From positions 10,847 through 74,846 of the forward strand of contig SVIN01000006.1 of NCBI GenBank assembly GCA_015069495.1: a DNA stretch of 64,000 nt, in the 5' to 3' direction. Below the pieces are notes generated by a model. That model saw only the letters and a list, made by a program, of their open reading frames with translations. It did not search any database and was not told the origin of the DNA. Both the position numbers and the translations under genes were made by a program. The number at the start of each line of letters is the position of its first letter. Position 1 is the first letter of the stretch. This document shows positions 8,826-19,553 of the stretch, piece after piece. The stretch is from Clostridiales bacterium. Its GTDB lineage: Bacteria > Bacillota > Clostridia > Christensenellales > Borkfalkiaceae.

Positions 8826-9839
8826 ATGAAAGAAAAAATCGAAAGCTTGCGCGCGGACATTACCGCGGCGATTGGGCAGACGGAAACGGGCAGAGCACTT
8901 TACGAAGTAAAGGTAAAGTTCCAAACCGAGCTGAAAGGGATTATGAGCGGCATGAAAGATTTGCCTAAGGAAGAACGTCCCACGTTCGGTAAAGTGGTCA
9001 ACGAATTTAAACAATCGATGGAAACGTTGTTTGACGAACGCGCTGTCGTTGTGCGTAAAATGGAATTGGAAGCGCAGTACGCCAAGGAACGTATCGACAT
9101 TACGATGCCTGGGAAAACCTACAAGGCGGGTGCATTACATCCTATTACTCTTGTAAAAAATGAGCTGATTGATATTTTCGCAGGTATGGGTTTTAAGGTG
9201 TTTGAAGGTCCTGAAATCGAAACCGATTACTACAACTTCACCGCCCTCAATACCCCCAAGGATCATCCCGCGCGCGATATGCAGGATACTTTCTATCTTG
9301 CGGAAAATTTACTCCTTCGTACGCAAACTTCGGCAGGCCAAATCCGCGTTATGGAAAAGAATGCGCCCCCGATTAAAATCCTTTCCCCCGGCCGAGTTTT
9401 CCGTTCGGACGATGACGCGACCCATTCGCCCATGTTCCACCAGATGGAAGGGCTTGTCGTAGACAAGGGGATTACTCTTTGTGATTTGCAGGGTATGCTT
9501 GGTGAATTTGCGCGTAAAATGTTCACCGATTCTACCAAAGTACGCTTGCGTCCTTCCTATTTCCCGTTCACCGAACCCAGTGTAGAGGTTGACCTCAGCT
9601 GTTCAGAATGCGGTGGGAAAGGTTGCCGTTTGTGTAAGGGTACGGGCTGGATTGAAGTGCTCGGCGCGGGCATGGTCAACCGTCACGTATTGGAAAATTG
9701 TAACGTAGACCCCGATGAATATACGGGTTTTGCATTCGGTATGGGTGTTGAACGTATTGCTATGTTGAAATACGGCATTAACAACATCAAAACGCTGTTC
9801 GAAAACGATACCAGATTTTTGGAACAGTTCGAGGATTAA
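8826..9839 (+). CDS. pheS: phenylalanine--tRNA ligase alpha subunit
   Basis: 337 aa with class II motifs ([43 protein letters not shown]). Confidence 0.96.
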   Translation: MKEKIESLRADITAAIGQTETGRALYEVKVKFQTELKGIMSGMKDLPKEERPTFGKVVNEFKQSMETLFDERAVVVRKMELEAQYAKERIDITMPGKTYKAGALHPITLVKNELIDIFAGMGFKVFEGPEIETDYYNFTALNTPKDHPARDMQDTFYLAENLLLRTQTSAGQIRVMEKNAPPIKILSPGRVFRSDDDATHSPMFHQMEGLVVDKGITLCDLQGMLGEFARKMFTDSTKVRLRPSYFPFTEPSVEVDLSCSECGGKGCRLCKGTGWIEVLGAGMVNRHVLENCNVDPDEYTGFAFGMGVERIAMLKYGINNIKTLFENDTRFLEQFED

Positions 9840-9853
9840 GGGAGGGAACGGAT

Positions 9854-12286
9854 ATGAAAGCACCTTTAAGTTGGTTGAAAGATTACGTAGATATTGATAT
9901 TTCCGCGCAGGAATTGGCAGACAAACTCTTTTCCTGCGGTTTTGAGGTCGAAGAACTCATTTACCTTGGTGAGAAAATCAGCCGTGTCGTGGTTGGTGAA
10001 ATCAAGGCGTTGACTCCTCACCCCGACAGCGACCACATGCAAATCTGCGTCGTGGATTGCGGTGAAGAATACGGCAGAGAATTACAAATCGTAACGGGCG
10101 CGTCCAATGTATACGTTGGCATGAAAACGCCTTGCGCGTTGGATGGTTCGACGGTGGTGGAAAGCAATCCCGCCATGTTGGAAAAGAACCCCGACGGTAT
10201 CAAGAAAATTAAGAAAGGCAAGCTTCGCGGTGTAGAATCCTTCGGTATGCTTTGTTCGGGTGAAGAACTCGGTATCAACGATGATTTCTACCCTGGGGCA
10301 GAATTTGACGGCTTGTTGGATTTGGCAAAGGATGCGCCTGTGGGCGAAGATATCAAGAAAATCGTTGGTTTGGACGATTGGATTTTTGATATTTCCGTTA
10401 CTGCAAATCGTCCCGATTGTCAATGCATTTTGGGTATCGCGCGTGAAGTGGCGGCGGTTATGAATAAGCCTTTCAAGGCACCCGACTTTACCTATACGGC
10501 AAAAAAGACGTCGGCATCTCCCATCTCGGTAGAAGTGCTTGCGCCCGACCTTTGCCCCCGCTACGTGGGACATTACGTGGAAAATGTCACGGAAACGGTT
10601 TCGCCTGCTTGGCTGAGAAAACGTTTGGCGATTTCGGGGATTCGTTCTCTTTCGCCCATCGTTGATATCACCAACTTTGTCTTGTTGGAAATGGGACAGC
10701 CCATGCACGCGTTTGACGCAGACGATATCGCGGATAGAAAAATCATCGTTCGACGTGCGGAAAAGGGTGAAAAAATTGTTACTTTGGACGAAAAGGAATT
10801 TACTTTGAACCCCGAAAATCTTGTGATTTGCGATGGTAATAAACCCGTTGCGTTGGCAGGGATTATGGGTGGTTTAAACAGTGAAATCAAATCCTCGACC
10901 AAAAACGTTTACTTCGAATCGGCAAAGTTTGCGCGTGACAACGTAAGAAAAACTTCGCGTGCGCTTGGTCAGTCTTCCGACTCGTCTTCTCGATTTGAAA
11001 AGGGTGTGGATGCATACACCAACGGCTTGGGCATGGCGAGAGCGTTGCACTTAATAGAAGAACTTGCTTGCGGTACAGTCACCGAACTTTGCACAGACGT
11101 TTGCGCGGTGGATTTGGCCCCTCGTACAATGACGGCAAGTATTGCGAAAATCAATGCATTGCTCGGTATCACAGTGCCTAACGAGGAAATCTTGTCCATT
11201 TTGACCCGTTTGAATTTCCAACCCGCGATTGAGGGTGATGCTTTGACGGTGGTAATCCCTGGCTATCGCGATGACGTGGACGGATATCCCGATTTGGCAG
11301 AAGAAATCATCCGTATGTACGGTTATGACCATATCATCCCCACCTTCTTACAAGCGGCGCAAGTAACGGGCGGCGGCTTGACGGATGAACAGAAGAAGGA
11401 ATTACACCTTAAAAACTTGTTGTGTGTGCAAGGTTTCTCGGAAGCGTATAACTATTCGTTCTACTCCCCGAAGGATTTTGACCTCATGAAATTGCCCGAA
11501 GATGCAGAGGAAAGAAATGCCGTACGTATTTTGAACCCCATCAGCGAAGAATTGTCCGTGATGCGTACTTTCCTTGCGCCTTCCATGTTAATGAACGCGG
11601 TGCGTAATATTCGCCGTGGCAACGATGAAGGTAGACAATTTGAAATCGCAAGCACTTACACCCCTCGCAACACAGCGGCGAGCGAACAGCCCGACGAAAG
11701 AAAACACGTAGTGCTTGGCGTTTGGGGCGGTAAAAATGATTTCTTCGATATGAAAGGCGGGGTGGAACGCATCGCCGAAGTCTTCCATTTGAATTTTACC
11801 TATGAAAGAGCTTCGAAGTCCTACTTGCACCCTGGTGTTTCCGCGAACGTGATTTTGAATGGTAAGACGGTGGGTTACATTGGTGAGTTGGACCCTGCGA
11901 TTTCCGCATCCCTTGGTTTGGATAAGAAAGTATATTTGGGTGAATTGGATTTGGGTGCGTTGGATTTGGATGACGGCGTGCGTTATAAAAACTTGCCGAA
12001 ATTCCCTGCGGTGAAACGCGACCTTGCGTTGATTGCGGATGAAAAACTCACCTGCGCGGAAATCGAAGACGTACTGATGCATTCTTGCAAGTACGTGACG
12101 GAAGTAAAACTTTTCGACGTATATCGCGGCGGTCAAGTGCCTGAAGGCAAAAAGAGTATGGCGTTCACTTTGACCTTTACGCCTGATGCAAACGTGGAAA
12201 AGGCGTTTACTCCTGAAACTTTGGACGGATACGTGAAGAAGATTTTGAGCAACCTTAAATTTAAACTCGGTATTGAACTTAGATAA
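9854..12286 (+). CDS. pheT: phenylalanine--tRNA ligase beta subunit
   Basis: 810 aa. N-terminal tRNA-binding OB, B3/4 and B5 regions and a C-terminal FDX-ACB-like tail. Follows pheS. Confidence 0.95.
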   Translation: MKAPLSWLKDYVDIDISAQELADKLFSCGFEVEELIYLGEKISRVVVGEIKALTPHPDSDHMQICVVDCGEEYGRELQIVTGASNVYVGMKTPCALDGSTVVESNPAMLEKNPDGIKKIKKGKLRGVESFGMLCSGEELGINDDFYPGAEFDGLLDLAKDAPVGEDIKKIVGLDDWIFDISVTANRPDCQCILGIAREVAAVMNKPFKAPDFTYTAKKTSASPISVEVLAPDLCPRYVGHYVENVTETVSPAWLRKRLAISGIRSLSPIVDITNFVLLEMGQPMHAFDADDIADRKIIVRRAEKGEKIVTLDEKEFTLNPENLVICDGNKPVALAGIMGGLNSEIKSSTKNVYFESAKFARDNVRKTSRALGQSSDSSSRFEKGVDAYTNGLGMARALHLIEELACGTVTELCTDVCAVDLAPRTMTASIAKINALLGITVPNEEILSILTRLNFQPAIEGDALTVVIPGYRDDVDGYPDLAEEIIRMYGYDHIIPTFLQAAQVTGGGLTDEQKKELHLKNLLCVQGFSEAYNYSFYSPKDFDLMKLPEDAEERNAVRILNPISEELSVMRTFLAPSMLMNAVRNIRRGNDEGRQFEIASTYTPRNTAASEQPDERKHVVLGVWGGKNDFFDMKGGVERIAEVFHLNFTYERASKSYLHPGVSANVILNGKTVGYIGELDPAISASLGLDKKVYLGELDLGALDLDDGVRYKNLPKFPAVKRDLALIADEKLTCAEIEDVLMHSCKYVTEVKLFDVYRGGQVPEGKKSMAFTLTFTPDANVEKAFTPETLDGYVKKILSNLKFKLGIELR

Positions 12287-13170
12287 TGAAAAGAGAACAA
12301 AAAATTTCACAATTTGGATTTTTTAACGTAGACAAACCGTCGGGGATTGTTTCCTCGACGGTTGTCAACAAGATAAAATGGCTGTCGGGCGCACATTGCG
12401 GACACATGGGGACGCTTGACCCTTTGGCAAGCGGTGTTTTACCCGTAGGGGTTGGCAATGCCGCGCGCCTTTTCGATTACTTCTTGGAAAAGGAAAAAGA
12501 GTATATTGCCGAGTTTACTTTTGGGGTGGATTCGGATACGCTTGATTCGACGGGAAATCTCGTACAAGGGGGGCATGTACCCGATGAAACGGAAATTTCG
12601 GACGTATTGCCCACTTTTTTCGGGGATATTATGCAGGTTCCGCCTAAGTACAGCGCAAAGAACATCAACGGCCGCAGAGGGTATGATTTGGCGCGCGCAG
12701 GGATTGAATTTGAACTCGCGCCGAAAAAAGTGCATATCTATGGTATGGAACTTCTTGGTAAAAAAGAGGACAGTGCGGATACCTTCTTGGTGAAAATCCG
12801 TTGCGGCGGCGGTACGTATATTCGTTCGTTGGGGCGGGATATCGCGGCGGCATTGGGGACGAAAGCGGTGATGAGTGCGCTTCGCCGTACTCAAAGCGGT
12901 GTTTTTACCTTGCAAAAAGCGGTACCGTTTGACTTTTTCATGCACGACCCCGCAATCGAGGATATGGAAAAATACCTCATCCCGACCGACAGTGTATTGC
13001 CCTTTGAACGGTTAAACTTGACGGAAAAGGGTACAATGCGGATTTTACAAGGCAATTTTGTATCCGTGGACGTAGCGGATGGGTTGTATAAAATTTACGA
13101 CGGTGAGTCGTTTTACGGCTTGGCGGAAGTAACGGAAGGAAAGGCGAAAGCAAAGACAAAATTATGTTAA
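12286..13170 (+). CDS. truB: tRNA pseudouridine(55) synthase
   Basis: GHMGTLDPLASGVLPV catalytic Asp motif. Start overlaps the pheT stop (TAATGA). Confidence 0.93.
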   Translation: MKREQKISQFGFFNVDKPSGIVSSTVVNKIKWLSGAHCGHMGTLDPLASGVLPVGVGNAARLFDYFLEKEKEYIAEFTFGVDSDTLDSTGNLVQGGHVPDETEISDVLPTFFGDIMQVPPKYSAKNINGRRGYDLARAGIEFELAPKKVHIYGMELLGKKEDSADTFLVKIRCGGGTYIRSLGRDIAAALGTKAVMSALRRTQSGVFTLQKAVPFDFFMHDPAIEDMEKYLIPTDSVLPFERLNLTEKGTMRILQGNFVSVDVADGLYKIYDGESFYGLAEVTEGKAKAKTKLC

Positions 13171-14030
13171 AAACGGTATGGCTGACGGAACAACCGAATA
13201 CGGAAAAGGGCGTTGCGATGTTATTGGGCGGCTTTGACGGCTTGCACGCGGGGCATCGTAAGCTTTTATCGCGCGCAAAAAACAGCGGATGTTCGGTGGG
13301 GATTATGACCATTGTCGGCGGAAAGGAAAAGGGCTTGTTTACCTTTGCGGAGCGCGAGGAAATTTTTAAGACTGCTGGCGTGGATTTTGTTTTTGAGTTG
13401 CCGTTTGAGGAAATCAAGGACTTGTCACCGCGTGCGTTTTTACAGGTATTGGAAACGCAATTTACCCCTAAGTTGTTCGTTTGCGGGACGGATTTTCGTT
13501 TTGGCGCAAAAGCGGCGGGAACGGCGGAAATGTTAAAACAAAGCACCCAGGTATGCGTTGAAGTATTGCCGCTTGTGGAAATGAGCGGTGAAAAAGTTAG
13601 TTCGTCCTATATCAAAACGTTGTTGCAAAACGGAAAAGTGGAGCAAGCGCAGGAATTGTTGACCCATGCGTTTTTTTTGGTTGGAGAAGTATATGCTGAT
13701 CGAAAAATTGGTCGGACAATCGGGTTTCCGACGGCAAATATTTCTTACCCCATAGGTAAATATCCCTTAAAAATTGGGGTTTACGAAACGCGGGTTTGTG
13801 TGGATGGTAAAACGTATAAAGGAATTACCAATTACGGCGCGCGCCCGACTTTTGCGGATGAAACGGTGGTGACGGAAACCTATTTGGACGGCTTTGACGG
13901 GGATTTGTACGGTAAGACGTTAAAGGTGGAATTTATCCGCTATCTTCGCGACGTGCGGAAATTCGACAGTATAGACGGCTTAAAAAAACAATTGGAAGAA
14001 GATTTGAGGAGAGTAAGAACAAATGATTAA
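13164..14030 (+). CDS. ribF: bifunctional riboflavin kinase / FMN adenylyltransferase
   Basis: GGFDGLHAGH, SSSYIKTLL and GFPTANI motifs. Confidence 0.93.
   Translation: MLKTVWLTEQPNTEKGVAMLLGGFDGLHAGHRKLLSRAKNSGCSVGIMTIVGGKEKGLFTFAEREEIFKTAGVDFVFELPFEEIKDLSPRAFLQVLETQFTPKLFVCGTDFRFGAKAAGTAEMLKQSTQVCVEVLPLVEMSGEKVSSSYIKTLLQNGKVEQAQELLTHAFFLVGEVYADRKIGRTIGFPTANISYPIGKYPLKIGVYETRVCVDGKTYKGITNYGARPTFADETVVTETYLDGFDGDLYGKTLKVEFIRYLRDVRKFDSIDGLKKQLEEDLRRVRTND
13546..13562 (+). repeat. dispersed motif copy inside ribF
   Basis: CCCAGGTATGCGTTGAA, read as TQVCVE. Confidence 0.6.
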
Positions 14031-14868
14031 ATTTGGACCGAGCGGGAATTGTGAAAGTTTCTACGCGGAAGGATATTCCCACACGGAAGAATCGGCAGCG
14101 TTTGTAAAAAAACGCGGGTTGGATTGTTTTGAATATTCCTTCGGACGCGGTGTACGCATGTCTGAGGATAAGGCGATCTCTATTGGTGAAGCTTTTACCA
14201 AAGAGGATGTGGAAATTTCCGCGCACGCGCCCTATTTTATCAACTTTGCAAACCCCGACGATGAAATGGCGGCAAAATCCTACGGCTACGTATTGGACAG
14301 CGCAAAGATGCTGAAACTGATGGGCGGAAAGCGAGTGGTCTTTCACCCCGCGGCGCAGGGCAAAGCAAAGCGTGAAGAGGCGGTGGCTTTGACGGAAGAC
14401 CGCTTGAAAATTTTACGTGATTATATCTATCTCAATAATATGCAGGATATGATGTTCTGCCCTGAAACGATGGGTAAAATTGCCCAAATCGGCACCGTGG
14501 AAGAGGTGACCCGTTTCTGTAAAGTCGACCCCATATACACGCCTTGCGTAGATTTTGGACATATCAACGCGCGTGAGCAGGGTTCGCTTGTGACGGTGGA
14601 AGATTACAAGAGCCGTTTGGAATATATGATTGCGGAACTTGGGTTTGAACGCATGAAACATTTCCACGTACATTTCTCCAAAATTATGTACTCGGCAAAA
14701 GGGGAAATCAAGCACTTGACCTTTGCAGATGAAGTGTATGGACCGAACTTTGAACCTTTGGCGGTGGCTTTGAAAGAATTGGGGTTAGAACCTTACTTGG
14801 TCAGCGAATCAGCGGGCATGCAGGCGGAAGAAGCCGAAATTATGAAAAAAATCTACCAATCTTTGTAA
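14023..14868 (+). CDS. xylose-isomerase-like TIM-barrel protein (AP endonuclease family 2-like)
   Basis: 281 aa. HAPYFINFANPD and VVFHP patterns resemble the Nfo/TIM-barrel family. Exact function not determinable. Confidence 0.55.
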   Translation: MIKFGPSGNCESFYAEGYSHTEESAAFVKKRGLDCFEYSFGRGVRMSEDKAISIGEAFTKEDVEISAHAPYFINFANPDDEMAAKSYGYVLDSAKMLKLMGGKRVVFHPAAQGKAKREEAVALTEDRLKILRDYIYLNNMQDMMFCPETMGKIAQIGTVEEVTRFCKVDPIYTPCVDFGHINAREQGSLVTVEDYKSRLEYMIAELGFERMKHFHVHFSKIMYSAKGEIKHLTFADEVYGPNFEPLAVALKELGLEPYLVSESAGMQAEEAEIMKKIYQSL

Positions 14869-14871
14869 AAA

Positions 14872-14896
14872 CTCGCCCTTTAGGGCGGTTTTTTTA
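14872..14896 (+). terminator. rho-independent terminator
   Basis: CGCCC-TTTA-GGGCG hairpin followed by a T run. Confidence 0.75.
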
Positions 14897-14916
14897 TGGA
14901 AAATATCGTTGTATAC

Positions 14917-14945
14917 TTGACGAAAAGATTTTTTTTTGTTAAAAT
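14917..14945 (+). promoter_or_regulatory. sigma-70-type promoter of the M24 peptidase gene
   Basis: TTGACG (14917-14922), 17-nt spacer, TAAAAT (14940-14945). Confidence 0.5.
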
Positions 14946-14963
14946 AGTGATAAGAGGTAGTCT

Positions 14964-16019
14964 ATGGTGTACTCAAACGGCAAAAAGATATTGCAGCTTT
15001 CGGGTTGTGAAGCGGTGTATACGTCCTGCGCATTTCAAATGACTTATATCACGGGGATGGGACCTGAAAACGGTTGCGTCATTGTGGATAAGGACGGAGT
15101 AACGCTTTACACGGATATGCGTTATATGGAAGCGACGGAAAAACTGTTCGCGGGCACGGATATCAAACCTGCAATGGTGAATAAAACGGAAATTATGAAC
15201 CGCCTTGCAGGGTATAACAGTGTGGGTATTTCCTTTGACCAAACGACGTATACCGAATATCTTGCCTTGGAAAAGGCGGGGGTGCAGATGCAAAACGTCG
15301 ACGAGGCGTATACGCAGGCGATGATTACCAAAAACGATTGGGAACTTGACAATATCGCAAAAGCTTGTGAAATTGCCGAGGACGCGTTTAATGAGCTTCT
15401 CCCCGAAATTCGTGAAGGTATGACGGAAACGGAAGTTGCGGCTTTGCTTGAATATAAAATGCGTAAGTTGGGCGCGCAGGGTTTGTCCTTTGACACGATT
15501 GTGGCGTTTGGCGCGCATGCGGCGGTTCCTCACCACGAAACAGGTTTGACCAAGCTTTCGTTTGGTGACCCGATTTTGATTGACTTTGGCTGTAAAGTCA
15601 ACGGCTACTGTTCGGATATCACCCGCACCTTCTTGTTTGGCGATGATGGAAAGCATGAAGAGTTTAAAAAAGCGTATGCTTCGGTTTTGAAAGCGCACAA
15701 CCTTGTCAAGGAAAAAGTCACGGCGGGTATGACGGGTAAAGAAGCGGACGCGATTGCGCGTGATTCACTGAAAGCGGACGGATACGGCAATCTGTTTACC
15801 CATTCGTTGGGACATGGCATTGGCTTAAACGTGCATGAAAAACCCTCGGTTAGCCCGAAAGGGGAACAGGTTTTGGAAAACGGTATGGTTTTCTCGGATG
15901 AACCGGGTGTGTACGCGGCGGGCGAATACGGTATCCGCATTGAAGATACGGTTACCTTGAAAAACGGTAAAGTGGTAAGCTTTATGTCGAAAACCGACAG
16001 AAATCTTATTATATTATAA
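14964..16019 (+). CDS. pepP: M24-family Xaa-Pro aminopeptidase
   Basis: DFGCKVNGYCSDITRT, HSLGHGIGLNVHE and EPGVY...GIRIED metal-ligand motifs. Confidence 0.88.
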   Translation: MVYSNGKKILQLSGCEAVYTSCAFQMTYITGMGPENGCVIVDKDGVTLYTDMRYMEATEKLFAGTDIKPAMVNKTEIMNRLAGYNSVGISFDQTTYTEYLALEKAGVQMQNVDEAYTQAMITKNDWELDNIAKACEIAEDAFNELLPEIREGMTETEVAALLEYKMRKLGAQGLSFDTIVAFGAHAAVPHHETGLTKLSFGDPILIDFGCKVNGYCSDITRTFLFGDDGKHEEFKKAYASVLKAHNLVKEKVTAGMTGKEADAIARDSLKADGYGNLFTHSLGHGIGLNVHEKPSVSPKGEQVLENGMVFSDEPGVYAAGEYGIRIEDTVTLKNGKVVSFMSKTDRNLIIL

Positions 16020-16023
16020 ACAA

Positions 16024-16197
16024 GGTTTTGTCTCATCACTCGGCTGATTTTTGACGGCAAAACACGGCGAAATTCTATGCTTTACGCTCGGTTACAGACC
16101 GCTGAGGGTATGCGCCCTTGCGCAAAGCTTGTCTTTCTTGTGTTTTCCTCGTCAAAATGTGAAAAATCACTTATCAACCGCTTGCTGTGACACAACC
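16024..16197 (+). repeat. MITE-like element, copy 2 (full length, diverged)
   Basis: GGTTTTGTCTCATCACTCGGCTGATTTTTGACGG...CTTGCTGTGACACAACC. Collinear with copy 1 over its whole length. Confidence 0.75.
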
Positions 16198-16240
16198 TAA
16201 AAATAGAAAAAATTTATATAGCATATAAAGGAGAAAAATT

Positions 16241-16804
16241 ATGGCACAGATTTTGGCAGGCGATATTCGTAAGGGCGTAACTTTCGAGTACAAGAGCGGT
16301 GTTTACACCGTAACAGATTTCCAACACGTAAAACCCGGTAAGGGCGCGGCGTTTGTAAGAACGACGTTGAAGAACGTTGTTACGGGTCAAGTTTTGTCCA
16401 ACGAAACTTTCAACCCCACCACCAAGCTTGAAACCGCACAGGTAGAAACGAAGAAAATGACCTATTCCTACTTCGATGGCGAATTCTACGTATTCGTAGA
16501 CGAAGAATGGAACCAAGAAAACCTTACGTTCGACCAAGTGGAAGACGCGCTTAAATATATCAAGGAAAACGATACCGTTACCGTGAAATTCCTTTACGGC
16601 AAGGCATTCTCCGTTGAACCTGAAAACTTTGTTGAACTTAAGGTTATCGAAGCAGAACCCGGTGTTAAGGGCAACACTGCTACCAACGTTATGAAGAACG
16701 CTAAGGTAGAAACGGGCGCAACCATTCAGGTTCCTATGTTCGTAGAAGAAGGCGAAACGATCCGTATCGATACCAGAACGGGCGAATACATGAGCCGCGT
16801 TTAA
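16241..16804 (+). CDS. efp: elongation factor P
   Basis: 187 aa. [17 protein letters not shown] motif with the modified Lys loop. Confidence 0.96.
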   Translation: MAQILAGDIRKGVTFEYKSGVYTVTDFQHVKPGKGAAFVRTTLKNVVTGQVLSNETFNPTTKLETAQVETKKMTYSYFDGEFYVFVDEEWNQENLTFDQVEDALKYIKENDTVTVKFLYGKAFSVEPENFVELKVIEAEPGVKGNTATNVMKNAKVETGATIQVPMFVEEGETIRIDTRTGEYMSRV

Positions 16805-16828
16805 TCTACGTATACAAACGACAAATGG

Positions 16829-16856
16829 CAGCAGGACGCAACGTCCTGCTGTTTGC
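16829..16856 (+). terminator. hairpin after efp (weak T tail)
   Basis: CAGCAGGACG-CAA-CGTCCTGCTG followed by TTTGCG. Confidence 0.5.
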
Positions 16857-16873
16857 GTATAGCGAGGTAAAAT

Positions 16874-17311
16874 ATGAAAGCAGTTGTACAACGCGTGAAA
16901 AAAACAACCTTATCCGTGGATGGGGAATTGATTTCGGAAATTCCTTTTGGGCTGACGGTATTTTTAGGGGTGAAAGTTGGCGATACTGAAAAGGAAGCGG
17001 CATACCTTGCAAAAAAAATTGCAGGGTTACGTATCTTTGAAGATGAAAACGGTAAAATGAATTTGTCTGTAAAAGACGTCGGCGGTGAAGTTTTGCTTGT
17101 GTCGCAGTTCACTTTATACGGTGACGCATCCCATGGCAACCGTCCCAGCTTTACCCTTGCTGAACGCCCCGAGCGCGCTGAGCCTTTGTACGAGTACGCA
17201 GTAAAGGAAGTATCTTCCTACGGTATTACGGTCAAAAAAGGCGTATTTGGCGCGGATATGAAAATTGAGCAGTTGAATGATGGTCCCGTGACCATCTTGT
17301 TAGAGATTTAA
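16874..17311 (+). CDS. dtd: D-aminoacyl-tRNA deacylase
   Basis: MKAVVQRV N-terminus, SQFTLYGD and GPVTILLE motifs. Confidence 0.94.
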   Translation: MKAVVQRVKKTTLSVDGELISEIPFGLTVFLGVKVGDTEKEAAYLAKKIAGLRIFEDENGKMNLSVKDVGGEVLLVSQFTLYGDASHGNRPSFTLAERPERAEPLYEYAVKEVSSYGITVKKGVFGADMKIEQLNDGPVTILLEI

Positions 17312-17623
17312 CAAAAATAACCCCGCAATTTCTTTAAAATAAAGGACTCTACTGTGCGTAGAGTTGTGATTCTACTGTGGATAGAGCGGTTTGTCTCTTT
17401 CGGTAGAATGGCAAAGAGGAGGGGTAGAGAGGAAAAGCGGGTAAAACGGTTGTCTTTTTTTGGTAAATTGGGTAGGATAATAATACCCCTTGTGCATGAG
17501 GGGTAGCTGAAACAATTTTTTGAAATAATGGATAAGCCTTGACAAGAATGAATGCCTTACAGTGCATGGCATGGATTGTGTAGGGTGAAGTTTGTGAAAA
17601 CGACTGAAAAGGAGAAAACCAAA

Positions 17624-18688
17624 ATGACAATTGTAAATGAAATTTCGCGTCCGAAAAGAAGAGGTTGGAACGAAGCAGACCACCTCATTGATACGCCCTT
17701 GAAAGATGAGCGTGGCGCGTCTGTGAAGGGGCGTAATAAAACGGGGGAAAATAAAGGGGTAATTCCGTTGTTCTTTGCAACAGACGACAATTATCTGCCC
17801 TTTCTTTCCGTGACGTTGCAATCCCTTTTGGAAAATTCTTCGCATGATTATGATTATCGCGTGTACGTATTGCATTCGGGGGTACGTGCAGATTTTGAAG
17901 AGAAGATTTTGCGCTTTTCCAAACCAGGTTTTACGGTGGAATTTGTAGACGTAACCCAGCCGTTGAAGGAAATTTCCGAACATTTACACATGCGCGATTA
18001 TTATACTTGTACCACTTATTTCCGTGTGTTCATTGCACAGATGTTTCCGCAGTACGATAAGGCATTGTACTTGGATTGCGACACCGTGGTTTTGGGAGAT
18101 ATCAGCGCGTTGTATGATTATGATTTGGGTGATCATCTCATTGCGGGTGCGCCTTGCGAGGGTGTGAACAGTTTTGAAGTTTACCGTGATTACGTGCGTA
18201 TCGTAGATGGGTTAAATCCCGATTATTTCTTTAACGCGGGCGTAATTTTGATGAATTTGAAAGCATTCCGTAAGGAAAATTTCTACGAGCAATTTGCCGA
18301 CTTGTTGCAAAAGTATAAATTCACCTTAATCCAAGACGAGGATTATCTCAACGTGCTTTGTCAAGACCGCGTATTGCGTTTGCCCCGCGCTTGGAATAAA
18401 TCCCCCGTCGGCAAGGATATTTTGCCCCGCGAGGACTTGCGCATTGTGCATTATTTGATGTCGTGGAAGCCTTGGCGTTACGATGACGTGCCTTACGGTG
18501 AATATTTTTGGGAATATGCAAAACAGACGGATTTTTACGATTATCTGAAAGAAATTTTTGATAAATCCGTAAAGGGCTTGGAGGAACAAGACAAACGCCA
18601 GGAAGCCAATTTGCAGGCAATGGCACGCAGTGAAATCGAGCGTGAAGATGGGTATTTCAAACGCTACGGAAAAGTGTACGGAAATTAA
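17624..18688 (+). CDS. family 8 glycosyltransferase
   Basis: DDNY, YLDCDTVVLGDI (DxD) and NAGVILMNL motifs. AAAGGAG SD before ATG 17624. Confidence 0.8.
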   Translation: MTIVNEISRPKRRGWNEADHLIDTPLKDERGASVKGRNKTGENKGVIPLFFATDDNYLPFLSVTLQSLLENSSHDYDYRVYVLHSGVRADFEEKILRFSKPGFTVEFVDVTQPLKEISEHLHMRDYYTCTTYFRVFIAQMFPQYDKALYLDCDTVVLGDISALYDYDLGDHLIAGAPCEGVNSFEVYRDYVRIVDGLNPDYFFNAGVILMNLKAFRKENFYEQFADLLQKYKFTLIQDEDYLNVLCQDRVLRLPRAWNKSPVGKDILPREDLRIVHYLMSWKPWRYDDVPYGEYFWEYAKQTDFYDYLKEIFDKSVKGLEEQDKRQEANLQAMARSEIEREDGYFKRYGKVYGN

Positions 18689-18701
18689 AAAGGAGCATAC
18701 C

Positions 18702-19553
18702 ATGGATGAGATGAAGCTGTCTCCCGATCGGGTAGAGGTGTTGAAAAAGATTGCATTGTACGAGCGCGAGGGGCGCTTTGACGAGGATGTGGAAAACGAT
18801 CCTGAAGCCCCTGAACTCTTACCTGATAAGGTGGATTATCTTTGTGAAAAATTCTCCAGCAAAGTTTCGCGCCGTGTTGCCAATTTCGTCGCGGACCATT
18901 ACTTTTTAAATTTAATAAAAAAGGACAAGTTGGTGATTGATAAGGTGTATGGGGAAGAACATTTGCACGCTTTAAAAAACGGTGCGATTGTGACCTGCAA
19001 CCATTTCCACCCTTATGACAATTACGCAGTGTTTCATTGCATCCGTAAGGCTTTACCGCACAAGTATCTTTACAAGATAATCCGCGAGGGGAATTACACC
19101 AATTTCCCTGGTTTGTATGGTTTTTTCTTTCGGCATTGCAACACGTTGCCTTTATCAAGCAACCGCCGTACGATGATAAATTTCATGTCCGCGGTCAATA
19201 CCTTGTTGAAACGCGGGGAAACGATTTTGATTTATCCCGAGCAGGGGATGTGGTGGAATTACAAAAAACCTCGCCCTTTCAAGCTTGGCGGGTTCAAAAT
19301 GGCATACAAAGCGGGCGTACCCGTGTTGCCTACCTTTATCACTATGACGGATGATACGCGGTTGGATGAAAGCGGATATCCGATACAGAGGTACACTTAC
19401 CACATTATGCCTCCGATTTATCCCGATATGGCGTTGGGTGAAAAGGCGGGCGCGCAGAAAATGTGCGACGAAGCGTACGCGCTTTGCAAAGCAAAATATG
19501 AAGAAGTTTACGGCGTGCCGTTGATGTACGGAACGCAAGAGGATGAAAAATGA
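18702..19553 (+). CDS. PlsC-type (lysophospholipid) acyltransferase
   Basis: TCNHFHPYD (HX4D), IYPEQG and a PVLP block. Confidence 0.75.
   Translation: MDEMKLSPDRVEVLKKIALYEREGRFDEDVENDPEAPELLPDKVDYLCEKFSSKVSRRVANFVADHYFLNLIKKDKLVIDKVYGEEHLHALKNGAIVTCNHFHPYDNYAVFHCIRKALPHKYLYKIIREGNYTNFPGLYGFFFRHCNTLPLSSNRRTMINFMSAVNTLLKRGETILIYPEQGMWWNYKKPRPFKLGGFKMAYKAGVPVLPTFITMTDDTRLDESGYPIQRYTYHIMPPIYPDMALGEKAGAQKMCDEAYALCKAKYEEVYGVPLMYGTQEDEK

Noticed and set aside
8607-9014. 135-aa minus-strand ORF spanning the pheS leader.
   Set aside because: It overlaps the T-box leader and the pheS 5' end, and the region is fully explained by those features.
16120-16150. Possible relationship between the MITE central segment (GAGGGTATGCGCCC) and the dispersed motif (GGTATGCG core).
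   Set aside because: The shared string is only 8-9 nt, which is within chance expectation for a window of this size.
17425-17445. GAGGAAAAGCGGG considered as the RNase P RNA signature (GAGGAAAGUCC).
   Set aside because: It is only a partial resemblance. No P4 partner or other conserved RNase P elements are nearby, and the region is too short.
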